Part shown: positions 35,966 to 46,000 of the stretch, one piece after another
Numbering within the stretch: position 1 is the first letter of the stretch
How the letters are laid out: each line of letters opens with the position of its first letter
DNA from: a virus
Taxonomy: Duplodnaviria; Caudoviricetes
IMG/VR virus record: IMGVR_UViG_3300042892_000699
Reading direction: 5' to 3' (one strand)
Length of the DNA: 64,000 bases
Notes under the pieces: generated by a model
Told to the model about the DNA's origin: nothing
What the model saw: only the letters and a program-made list of their open reading frames with translations
Databases searched by the model: none
Translations under genes and position numbers: made by a program

Positions 35966-37230
35966 ACTTTAATTTCTATTACACCAAAAGAGCCTTCGAA
36001 ATCTTCGAGGGCTTTTCCTATTACAGCATCCGAACTGTCATGATCCTGTTTCTTAGTAGCATATCCCTGTTTATATCCACTGGTAACTAATAGGTCGCCC
36101 TTCTTAACGGGGCCACAAATCTTGCAAGGAACACGACCTTTTAAGGCAATATAGGGGTGAGTTTCGTCGGTTCCTGCCTCGGAATTCATCATATATGCCG
36201 GATTTTTACTCACTACTCCTGCAACCGTTGTCGTTGCCTGTAATGTAGCAAGAGTAACTTCTTTTTCTCCGCCTAACATTAGTACAGTTCCAAATTCATA
36301 TGCCGCATCTGCGGCATAGCGTTCAGCAATGTCAGCATAATATGCACTGGTTGCAACGCCTTTAAAAATATCAGCTTTAACACTTTTATCAAATGGATTA
36401 TAATAAAACGATGAAGTAGTGTAGATTGCGTCTGTTTTGGTATAAGTTGTGCCAGTTGTAAACGGAATAGGAAATGTACCTACACTCGGCGGAATATCTG
36501 TAACAAGTCCGATTGCAGTGGTTGCAGTATTTGCATTAACTGCATGCCTTGCACTTCCCCAAAAGTAAATTCCCTGAGACGCTGATTCACCTGTTGAGTA
36601 GTTTGCACCTCTTAAAGTAATACCTTTACTGATCGTTGATGTAGAACCTGAATCATAGATAGGATATTTTGGTAGTGGTGGTTGATCTGCTTGAGTTACT
36701 GTATATGTTTCTGCAGAAACCATAGCAACTACTTCATCATTTGCTCCTACAATAGCTTTAATATTGTATTTTGGTGTACCAGTATCTTCTTGTGCGTATT
36801 CGACATCGCCTTTCCATTGAGCTCTGGTGTCGGCGCCGCTAGGAGGACCTATTAAAACAAAATTCTCACCATTGTAGGCATAAAGTTGTTCTTCTCTACT
36901 ATCAAACCATAGATCGCCTGATTCGTAGATTTTAGTATTGTTAGGATTTTCAGTATTAACATCTAAATTGGAAATGCTTTTCCAATTTGCGCCATCAAAC
37001 ACATTGAGTCTTTTGTTTGCAGTATCATACCAAAGTTGACCATCAATCGGTTTAGATGGAGGAATAGTATTTGAAAAATTCTCAAGCAATTTTAAAAAGT
37101 TTTCATTTTGCCATTCACCGTAACCTGCATAGTTTCTTCCAACAAAAATTAAATCAGTTGTGAGATCCAACGAAGCATCTTGTACTATCGTAATCTGTGT
37201 TCCATCTGTTTTATTGAGAATGTAAGGCAT
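35962..37230 (-). CDS. Tail fibre with C-terminal peptidase-G2/intramolecular-chaperone-like domain
   Basis: Shared N-terminal GRNYAGYG...NFLKLLENF...GQLWYDT anchor; C-terminal ADIAERY...GTV...GVVS...IALKGRVPC...IGKALE. Confidence 0.65.
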   Translation of the reverse strand: MPYILNKTDGTQITIVQDASLDLTTDLIFVGRNYAGYGEWQNENFLKLLENFSNTIPPSKPIDGQLWYDTANKRLNVFDGANWKSISNLDVNTENPNNTKIYESGDLWFDSREEQLYAYNGENFVLIGPPSGADTRAQWKGDVEYAQEDTGTPKYNIKAIVGANDEVVAMVSAETYTVTQADQPPLPKYPIYDSGSTSTISKGITLRGANYSTGESASQGIYFWGSARHAVNANTATTAIGLVTDIPPSVGTFPIPFTTGTTYTKTDAIYTTSSFYYNPFDKSVKADIFKGVATSAYYADIAERYAADAAYEFGTVLMLGGEKEVTLATLQATTTVAGVVSKNPAYMMNSEAGTDETHPYIALKGRVPCKICGPVKKGDLLVTSGYKQGYATKKQDHDSSDAVIGKALEDFEGSFGVIEIKV

Positions 37231-37232
37231 AA

Positions 37233-38201
37233 TTATTCCTGATATGTAATGTTATTGTTAAAAGTGGTAAAAGAATTATAATATGCATCTACAGTATCCC
37301 AGCGAGCAAGTCCTCCTACATTTGTTAATGTAAAGTGTCTAACAGAAAGAAGAGCATTGTAATTACACAGCACTTTAGCCTGAGATCCTATAACATAGGT
37401 TGCGGTACTAAACAAATTAGGCAATGCTTTTAATCTTAAAGCATTGTTTCCATCATTGATGTTTGTTAGATTTGTTCCAGTTGTGCCAGTTTTTGTATCA
37501 CCGTATGTGGTAATATCAAATGCAGTTGTTAAATTCTTATCATAAACTGTATTACCCCTTACATATAAATTTCCTTTTACATCAAGGTCATCTAAAATTG
37601 TAATACCGTTAACAACATTAGTTGCTGTTGTCTGTCCAAAGTACACTGTTGAGCTAGAAGCACTCATTGTAAAGGATGCAGTAGTCACTAACGCAGTCGG
37701 AGCACCGTAAGAATACAGCACTGAAACATTTTGTTTTTGGTTAAACGTATTCTCTAAAATATTTACAGGAGGAACCATAACTCCCATTTTACCATTTTGT
37801 AGATCTACTCTAGGATCAACAAGGAACCATTGATTTAAAGGATATCCTTGCCAGATTTTAAATTCACCATTAGTGCTATTGTACCACAAATCTCCTGTAC
37901 TTGTTGTTACGGGTTGCGTACCACTGATAGTTGCGCCGTATGTAGGATTAAACTCTACACCATCATAGACTGTTAATTTACTGTTAATTGTGTCGTACCA
38001 CAACTGACCAACTTGTGCTTGTAAAGGTTGATTAGGAGAAGCAAAATTAGTCAACAGTTTTACAAAATTATTGTTTACATACTGTCCGTACTTGTTAACA
38101 TTCTTACCTATTAAATCTAAACTAGTGGTGATAGAATCTACATCTCCATCTGCCATGGTTAACAATACTGTACCGTCACTTCTATATATGATATATGCCA
38201 T
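37233..38201 (-). CDS. Tail fibre/baseplate-attached protein (paralogous N-terminus)
   Basis: GKNVNKYG...NFVKLLTNF...GQLWYDT. Confidence 0.6.
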   Translation of the reverse strand: MAYIIYRSDGTVLLTMADGDVDSITTSLDLIGKNVNKYGQYVNNNFVKLLTNFASPNQPLQAQVGQLWYDTINSKLTVYDGVEFNPTYGATISGTQPVTTSTGDLWYNSTNGEFKIWQGYPLNQWFLVDPRVDLQNGKMGVMVPPVNILENTFNQKQNVSVLYSYGAPTALVTTASFTMSASSSTVYFGQTTATNVVNGITILDDLDVKGNLYVRGNTVYDKNLTTAFDITTYGDTKTGTTGTNLTNINDGNNALRLKALPNLFSTATYVIGSQAKVLCNYNALLSVRHFTLTNVGGLARWDTVDAYYNSFTTFNNNITYQE

Positions 38202-38205
38202 GTTA

Positions 38206-40026
38206 TTATGTCTTTATAATATAGTTCATTGTAACTGGTACAATGTTTGTAGTGGTAGTAGCATATCTCAAATCCGGAACACTAAAGCTACCACTTGCTC
38301 CACCAAATGTATAACCAATTACACCAAATAAATCTCCCTGTAACACGGTAGATGTAGACCCGCCATTGCATAAAATCCATGTAGGCTGACCGTCTGGCTT
38401 AACCGCTGAGGGAGGTGTTGAAGTTGGCCACGGAATAATCATCCCTGGCTGCATTACCATGTCGTAAACATCTGATAAGAAATCTGCCTTGCTGATTTGT
38501 CTTACACCTTGCTCTATAGTTGTAGATGTTGCGGTGTCAACTACTAACAACGTCTGAGTAGCAGTGGTCGATGTAACTGTTGACTGTGCTGTAATTAAAG
38601 CTGTGGTAGCAGTAGTATTAAGAGCTACATTACCTAATCCATTAAATGATACAGATCCGGTTGTTGCAAACTGTCCAATAACACTAAATTGTCGAGAAGC
38701 TTCTAATTGAACAGCCTGTGAAGCAACTCCGTATATTGTAAGTGTAGATCCAGTTGAACCAATTTGTGATGTATAAATTCTACGAAATGCTCTAGTTGGA
38801 GATCCTAATTCATATGAATTGTTTTCTGCTGGTTGTAAAATAGTGCCGCTTCCGCCGGGCTGACCTATTGTAATTAGCCCAACCATTGAAGAAGTTGTTA
38901 CTACAGTTAATGTGTTTGCTTCTAAAGTTCTTCCAAACGACCCGCCACCGGAAACATCTAGAGCAGAATCGGTATTAGAAGTAATTGTTACATCATCTGA
39001 AAACTTACCGCTACCTGTAACATCTAATGTTTTGGTAGGAATAGGATTATTAACTCCCACAAATCCTGCAGACGTGAGCTTTAAATAAGACTTGTCAAAG
39101 AAACTATCAGAAATACCTATCTTCATTCCAGAAGAGCTAGTGTTAGCGTAGGTAACAAATGCCTCAGATGCAGTACTATATATTTTAATAGCTTTTGCAG
39201 TTGTATCTTTTTTAATTTGAATACCGCCAGATGACTCAACTACAAAGGTACCTGTATGAATCTGAGGTGCAAGTATAGATTTATTTCTTAATACATCAGA
39301 TGCTTTAACGGTTACACCCGAACTGAGATATAAAGATGCAGCACTTTCTGCTACTCCGTTGTATCTTGTAGGAATTCTGGAAGTTAAATTTGTTCCTGCC
39401 TTAATAACAGTAAAACCATCAATAACACTTCTAGGAGTAAATTCATTATAAGAGATAATTTCAACTACTTTGCCGTTTGCCCAGTTTAAAATAACAGGAT
39501 ACTCTACTTTATTAGCAACGGTACTAGTATTAGTTTCAATGACTCTAACTTCTGCTCCGGACTTTGAAGTACCAGATAAGCTACTAGGACCAACAAGAGT
39601 CCATCCATCGGCATCACGTATGTTTAATTGATTCGAAACCGTATCAACCCAGATGTCTCCAATTGTTACTCCAGAACTATAACTTAAACTAGGATCAGAA
39701 TTTTGTTGATAGATTCCGCTAGCAGCTGGCCATCGATTACTTGTAATGTCACCATTATTAACTCTTAAAACTTTTCTGTTAGGATTGCTAGTATCATACC
39801 ATAGTTGTCCCTTAATTGAATTAATAGGAGGGTTAGGTCCTGCAAAATTTTCCAACAATTTTAAAAAATTTTGTGTAGTATCAAGACCGTAATTAGTATA
39901 TCCTGGCCCGACTAGATCAAGACTGGTACTATAATTGTTCTTTCCAGGACCTAATGTTGTTCCTAATACCTGCACTGTGCCAGTGTTTGTAGGGTCTGAG
40001 AATCGAAGTGTATATGAATTAGCCAT
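38206..40026 (-). CDS. Short tail fibre with C-terminal tail-collar domain
   Basis: Same N-terminal anchor; PGMIIPW...WILCNG...LFGVIGYTFGG...FSVPDLR collar motif. Confidence 0.75.
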   Translation of the reverse strand: MANSYTLRFSDPTNTGTVQVLGTTLGPGKNNYSTSLDLVGPGYTNYGLDTTQNFLKLLENFAGPNPPINSIKGQLWYDTSNPNRKVLRVNNGDITSNRWPAASGIYQQNSDPSLSYSSGVTIGDIWVDTVSNQLNIRDADGWTLVGPSSLSGTSKSGAEVRVIETNTSTVANKVEYPVILNWANGKVVEIISYNEFTPRSVIDGFTVIKAGTNLTSRIPTRYNGVAESAASLYLSSGVTVKASDVLRNKSILAPQIHTGTFVVESSGGIQIKKDTTAKAIKIYSTASEAFVTYANTSSSGMKIGISDSFFDKSYLKLTSAGFVGVNNPIPTKTLDVTGSGKFSDDVTITSNTDSALDVSGGGSFGRTLEANTLTVVTTSSMVGLITIGQPGGSGTILQPAENNSYELGSPTRAFRRIYTSQIGSTGSTLTIYGVASQAVQLEASRQFSVIGQFATTGSVSFNGLGNVALNTTATTALITAQSTVTSTTATQTLLVVDTATSTTIEQGVRQISKADFLSDVYDMVMQPGMIIPWPTSTPPSAVKPDGQPTWILCNGGSTSTVLQGDLFGVIGYTFGGASGSFSVPDLRYATTTTNIVPVTMNYIIKT

Positions 40027-40029
40027 GTT

Positions 40030-40659
40030 TTAAACTCCGGTGCTCAAACTTTGGATCCTAATTGTATAATCTACCTGAATCATCCTGTTTAATGATTTCT
40101 GAACAGGGTGGAAGATAACATGTGTTAATAACATTCCTGTATTCGGACCTTCTGGATTAAAGGATCTCAATCCTAATTCATCAAACACAAAATTAGATTC
40201 AGTGTTTGTTTCTGTATCAAATGCGGCTTGACCGCTCGGCTCACCAAAATCAAGCAAACAACTTACTAGCACGTCAGTATAAACTGTGCCAGCAATGTGT
40301 CTAGTTTCCATAAAATTACGTGCAGGATCTAACGAGTATGAACTTTTCGAATCAACAGTTTTATAATAAGTTTGATTATATAGGCTAGCACTTGTTCCTA
40401 CACTGTTAGGTGTAAGGTAAGTAATGATTCCTGTACTATCAACTCTGCTTCCTCCGTTGCCGAACACCATCTCGGCAATGGGTCCTTCGCCTTGATTTGC
40501 TATACTCTGTGCCAATGCTATGGAAAAATTCTCATAATGAATAGCGTTTCTTTTATTAATAAAGACTTCTTGAGAGATAGGATCGTAGATTTTAATATGA
40601 CCCTGGATGCCTATTGCTCCAGCTTCATTCGGTAAATTGTTCATGTTTCTGTTATCCAT
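40030..40659 (-). CDS. Virion structural (tail/baseplate) protein
   Basis: Within the tail operon; TAAATA 5 nt before the start. Confidence 0.5.
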   Translation of the reverse strand: MDNRNMNNLPNEAGAIGIQGHIKIYDPISQEVFINKRNAIHYENFSIALAQSIANQGEGPIAEMVFGNGGSRVDSTGIITYLTPNSVGTSASLYNQTYYKTVDSKSSYSLDPARNFMETRHIAGTVYTDVLVSCLLDFGEPSGQAAFDTETNTESNFVFDELGLRSFNPEGPNTGMLLTHVIFHPVQKSLNRMIQVDYTIRIQSLSTGV

Positions 40660-40691
40660 AATGATATTTATCCATCTAAATTATAAGCGGT

Positions 40692-42359
40692 TTATCTTCC
40701 GTATCGGTAGATTTTAGTTCTAGGCCATATGTGCCCTGTACTAGATCGATTACCTTGATTAACTTTGGGACCAACCATACCTTGATCTAGGCGTTCTTTA
40801 TTGTAGTATAGGAATCTATTTGTAGACCCTTGCAAGTCTGTATAGTCACCTATACCGCCTGTAGTAGCAGTAATTTGCCCTATTTTAGCTTTATTTCTAA
40901 TGTAATCCCTAGCCTGTGATTGTTTCATAGTAGGCCATTGCTCTGCAAGACAGGCTAGAACTCCAGCAACTTGTGGGCTAGACATACTGGTTCCAGATTT
41001 TTTAGTCACTCTATACGCAGAGTTTCTACTATCTCCAGTTGTAACTTCAGTAGTTGAGTTTACTCCGCCAATAATCCAACTTCCCGGAGCATACAGATCT
41101 ACCCTAGGTCCGCAATTACTGTAAATCATTTTTGTTTCAGCTGTATTTGCGTCTACACCTCCTACACAAATTGATCCGGTTGCTGCTCCTAATGGGCCTC
41201 TGTTATAGTAATAAGTAAACACATCACCCTGAACAATGTAATTATTATAGTCATCACCAGTGTCAACTGTGAAGTTAGAAATTTTTGTATAATCGTTTCC
41301 TGCGGCTCCGACAACGATAATCCCTTCGTTCATCGCATCTATTAAATCTTCCTCGTATGCAACGCTTCTTATTGGAAATGCTACGTTTCCTGCACTTATA
41401 ACCAATCCATAATTGGTTAATTCTGATTCTGTAAAAGGACCACTAAACTCTGTGCCTTGAAATCTAACAATAGTAATTTCAGAAATAGGCACTTCAATAG
41501 ATACTCCATAACTGTGATTAGTAACCGTAGGATTACGTCTACCTGTGGCAGGATTAATAGGCTTAGTTCTATGCCACTCTCTGATATAATCTATTGTCCG
41601 TGCCCCTGTATTAGATGGATTTGTTGAATACGGACTTATATTATAAATGTTTGCATCTCTTGCCCATCCGTAGGTGTTACCACATGCTGTAGAAGCAACA
41701 TGTGTTCCGTGATCACCGTCTACTGTTCTGTCAGATATTCCGTCAAGATTGTTATCTGGGTATGAAGGATCGATATATGGAGTATAAGCATATGTGCCGG
41801 CTGAGGTTCCTAAAACAGCCGGATTATGTTGTAGCCAGTTATATTGCACTACTCTAGTCCCACCCGTGCCGTCTGCATTAACTGCAAACTCGGGATGTAG
41901 GGGATTAAAATGCCCGTCTACTATAACCACATCAACATATTTTCCGCTTGAAGTTGTATTAACTGTTCCGGATACACTAGTAGTTCCGTTTATTCCCCAT
42001 CCACTTCTTTGTACTCCCTCAACAGATCGTAATATTCCCCAGTTTCTATGAGACGAACTGTAAGAATTAGACTTGTTCCATAGCGTACTAGTTTGTGTCC
42101 AAAATGGTTTAAACTTTAAACCTTGTTCCTCGAGAGTTAATTCAACATGTAATACTCTGGGATCGTTTTTAATAAGCTCAACTTCAGATGCATATAACTT
42201 ATAGTGAGTATTCCTACTAGTCGGTCTTCTATCTTTTATTGGAATAGGACGGTGAGGAATAAATTTTGCGCCGCCAGAAGTCTCCATATCATCATAGAAA
42301 GATTCAAGATCTTCTTTATTTTTTAAAGTTATAATGTACTCTCTAGCGTTAGAACTCAT
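40692..42359 (-). CDS. Subtilisin-like serine protease (S8) with N-terminal prodomain
   Basis: Catalytic triad motifs DVVIVDG, HGTHVAS, SGTSMSSPQVAG; oxyanion AAGND. Confidence 0.9.
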   Translation of the reverse strand: MSSNAREYIITLKNKEDLESFYDDMETSGGAKFIPHRPIPIKDRRPTSRNTHYKLYASEVELIKNDPRVLHVELTLEEQGLKFKPFWTQTSTLWNKSNSYSSSHRNWGILRSVEGVQRSGWGINGTTSVSGTVNTTSSGKYVDVVIVDGHFNPLHPEFAVNADGTGGTRVVQYNWLQHNPAVLGTSAGTYAYTPYIDPSYPDNNLDGISDRTVDGDHGTHVASTACGNTYGWARDANIYNISPYSTNPSNTGARTIDYIREWHRTKPINPATGRRNPTVTNHSYGVSIEVPISEITIVRFQGTEFSGPFTESELTNYGLVISAGNVAFPIRSVAYEEDLIDAMNEGIIVVGAAGNDYTKISNFTVDTGDDYNNYIVQGDVFTYYYNRGPLGAATGSICVGGVDANTAETKMIYSNCGPRVDLYAPGSWIIGGVNSTTEVTTGDSRNSAYRVTKKSGTSMSSPQVAGVLACLAEQWPTMKQSQARDYIRNKAKIGQITATTGGIGDYTDLQGSTNRFLYYNKERLDQGMVGPKVNQGNRSSTGHIWPRTKIYRYGR

Positions 42360-42360
42360 A

Positions 42361-43077
42361 TTAAGACTCCAATTGTAATAAAGTTAATGTAACATCGATT
42401 GCTCTGGATACTGTGTCTTTATTTGTTACAGCTAGATAAACCGTAGTAGTTGTAGCCACATCATTATTAAACCCTATAACTCCAGGAGTTATTAATTGAG
42501 TTAAAGAGGATGCAGTTGTAATAACTTCCGCAATAACTCCGCTGCCTGGCAACGGATCATTGCCTTCAGTCCTTGCTGCATCATTGGTTCTACTTGTACT
42601 GTCTGAGTAAATTCGAACCCATGCAGCATGAGAAGTTTGTACCTTTGACAACATATAAGTTTTAAAACCAGTTGCTTCTGCATTTCCACTAGCATTAGCA
42701 GCAAGAGCTGCCGTTGTTCCTGTGGTCAATACTCTTGAAGATAGGCCAACTCCGCCACCACCTGACACAGTTCCCCACCCGTAATTATAGTTTTGGTCTG
42801 AAAGTTTAATCAGTGCCTGCCCAATAGATCCACCATCTGGTAGACCCGGTCCAGTTGGTCCAGTTGGGCCTGGGACCACACTCGAACCTGCTGGTCCAGT
42901 CGGTCCTTTAGGACCCGCAGGCCCTGTGGGACCAGTAAATTCGGCGGCACCTATTTCTGTAACAACTTGATCAACTAAGTCAGTGTAACGGATTCTTCTC
43001 GGTAGTATCTCATCAACTATTACAAAACTTGTAACAGTTGTACCTGAAGTTATAAATGGTAATTGATTAATTTTCAT
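42361..43077 (-). CDS. Collagen-like fibre protein
   Basis: Gly-X-Y run GPTGPAGPKGPTGPAG...GPTGPTGPG (about 42845-42935). Confidence 0.7.
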   Translation of the reverse strand: MKINQLPFITSGTTVTSFVIVDEILPRRIRYTDLVDQVVTEIGAAEFTGPTGPAGPKGPTGPAGSSVVPGPTGPTGPGLPDGGSIGQALIKLSDQNYNYGWGTVSGGGGVGLSSRVLTTGTTAALAANASGNAEATGFKTYMLSKVQTSHAAWVRIYSDSTSRTNDAARTEGNDPLPGSGVIAEVITTASSLTQLITPGVIGFNNDVATTTTVYLAVTNKDTVSRAIDVTLTLLQLES

Positions 43078-43080
43078 CTT

Positions 43081-46000
43081 TTAATATCCCTCTATCGGAT
43101 TGTTATTGTCGTCTGTCAATTCAAAATTATTATTGTCTGTTAGAGTAGGATCTCCACCATAATAATAATAATCAGGTAATTCTGTTGTTTTCTGTTGTAT
43201 AAACATAGCCTGCGGTGTTACAGCAGTCAATAACGAAGATTTAATTACCCACTCATTAGCAGATACTTCTTCAATCGGTTGCCAGAACTGACCAGTTCTT
43301 TGTTCAATTTCTAATCTCACTCCGGAAACAAATCCCTCAATATTTAATTTTAATTCATGATTGTTAGTCAACGAATTATAAACTACAGTAAATTCAGAAT
43401 CCAGTGTTACTAAACTTGTTGAAGTCGTATCATAGGCTCTTCTAGAATCATGTACCAAGGTACTTGTTTTGCGAAGTGTCCTTCCACCGTACTTAATAGT
43501 TACCTGATTAGTTGCATCAGTCGATGTAGAAAGAGTAATTCCGTCACACACAAACTGGTATGGGCCCACGTCAGTGGAATAACTGGAAGTGCTAATAACA
43601 AATGTGTATGTGTTGAACGAGTTAGTTACAGTACTTAATACTCGAGCATTTGTTGTGCTGGTAGTAATATGATATTGCTTCTTAATTACATCACTGTAGG
43701 GAACTTGTTGTTGTGTACTTTGATCCATTAGTTTAGTTCCAACTTCAGAAAACAATGCGGGTGCTGTGCCGTGAGTGCTTCTTCGTAAATTGCTTAATGT
43801 ATTACTGGCTTTTTCAAAGAACTCAATACGTTCGCTGTCAACAAATACTACTCCTGGAATATTTCTAATAGGATTAGGAGGAATCAATCTGCTAGAATCT
43901 TCAACGTGAATTTCAGTATCAGTGAGCGTTAACTCTTTAGTTAAACGTGTACTGTAAAAATCTGATAATCGAGTATATGATGTTCTATCAAAAATATCTT
44001 TAAAAATTCTATAACCTAAAGTAACGTTATTTCTTAATGGTGAATTAATAGAGGTAATCATAATGTCGTTTGACGTATTGACAAATATCCATTCACTAAG
44101 TTGAATAGTTCGTTGATCTGGAAGAAGTCCAAAGTCATATCCAGGTATTAACGGTGCTCCGTCTACATAGACCCAGACATACTCTGCACTAATAACAGGT
44201 AAGCTAAGAGTAAATCTACGCATAGAATTACCCGAGAAACGTTCTGTTCTAATCAACATGCCATCATGGTCTGTAAACGTAGTTACTTTTACAGATCCGG
44301 ATGTAAGAGGAGTTGATAAAATAACCGTGTTACCAGACACTATATAATCATAATCAATAAGGCTTTCGATTGCAATTGCATCACCGTTTACAAGTAATCC
44401 GGTAGGGAAAGTAATTGTACTGTTACTTACGGATAGCGTATAATCAAAGCCCGATCTTAGTAAGAAGCCATTTAAGTAAACATGCACTGTTTCAATAGAA
44501 TATGTACCTGATGGTCTAGGCTTATTGTCAATATTGAATGTAAGTTGAGTTCCATCAAATTTATAATAAGTCACATCAGGAGGAGAAAGTCTTCTTCTGC
44601 CTGCTCCAGCCAATGCTTCATATTCTACTAATACTTGAGCACTAATCGGTTCTATATTAGCAATAGGCTTTGTTAAATTCAACACAGTAGTAGTTGTAGT
44701 AATGTTGAAATATTCTGTCCAAACTCCGTTAAACTCAGGATAGTTAGTTTCAAAAAACCATGCTTGAATCACGTTAGTACCAGCAGGAATATTGTAAACT
44801 GTAACTGCCGCTCTATTATTTTCAATACCAGTAGGAGATACCATATAACCATATGATGAAGTTGATAGTGTTTCAAAAATTTGAGTACCATTAACTGTTA
44901 CATAAACAGAACGAACATCGTCTATACTAGCTAAACTAGGAATTAATACAGATGATTGATCACTAACTGATACTAGGTTACTATCTAAAAGATAATCGCC
45001 TCCCATGGTCATTAATGTATAACCTGCTCTACCAGTTGTTGTCTGAGGAGCAATGTACAAAGTTCGATCATAGATAAAGAACTGATTTCTTGCTGTAAAG
45101 TTATACGGTTCTTTATTAGGATCAAAACTTCCTTGTCCTGCATACTGCCAGTTTCCGCCCTCCGAAGTACTATAGAATACATGACTGGTATTGTTTTGTA
45201 TAGAAGTATACGGCACCTGAACGGCATTAGCGCCATTTTGATTAGAAATACCTGTTATAAATCCGCCATTTGGAACAGAAGATGAAGCGTTTAAAGGATC
45301 ATACTCGCGCCATGTGTTTTCATAAATCATTTCTACATACTGATTCACTCCATCAGAATATAATCCGAGTTCATACTGGTACGCAGGTAACACTCCAGGT
45401 TCATCTCTTTTCTGGTAATGACTACCTTGAAAGCGCAATCTCCAGTAATTAAATTGAGTAGTTGTTCCTGAAATCGTACCGGTATCGAACCATAGCCCAG
45501 GAAGTTGTCCGTTTTCTAATAGTTGTCCGCTTTCTCCTATTGCCTGCCATAAGTCGCAGAACATCACCATAATTGATGGATTTTCAAGAGCGTCGATATT
45601 TAAAGGCGTGTACTCAGTATCTCCTCCGCCAAACGTTACATAACCATTTGTGCCAACGTACACTTCAGTGTACACTGTACCAAACATGTTCCAATTAAAC
45701 CCTAGCGAATAGGGTCCAGTAAATTCATCGTCACCGGCAGAGGCTCCGATAGGTGCCCCAGAAACGCCGATTGGCGTAGCAAGAGAAGAGCTAAAATAAG
45801 GACCTATTGTACCAGGATCAGGTGGAGTATCTAATCTATCAAAAATTAATCCTTTATATTCTACCTGAACACCTACGGATTCTGTAACAGGATGTGGCAA
45901 TGTAGTAACAGAAACTCTACCGCTGACTACAGGAACAGCGCCTGAAATTACTAGAGGAGATGAGTTATTTTCTTGTGTATAGACATTAATACTAACACTA

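Noticed and set aside
35986-36016. Hairpin AGCCTTCG...CGAGGGCT-TTT as a terminator at the thyA/tail convergence
   Set aside because: It lies inside the coding end of the opposite-strand fibre gene and has a short U-tract; plausible but not supported well enough to list.
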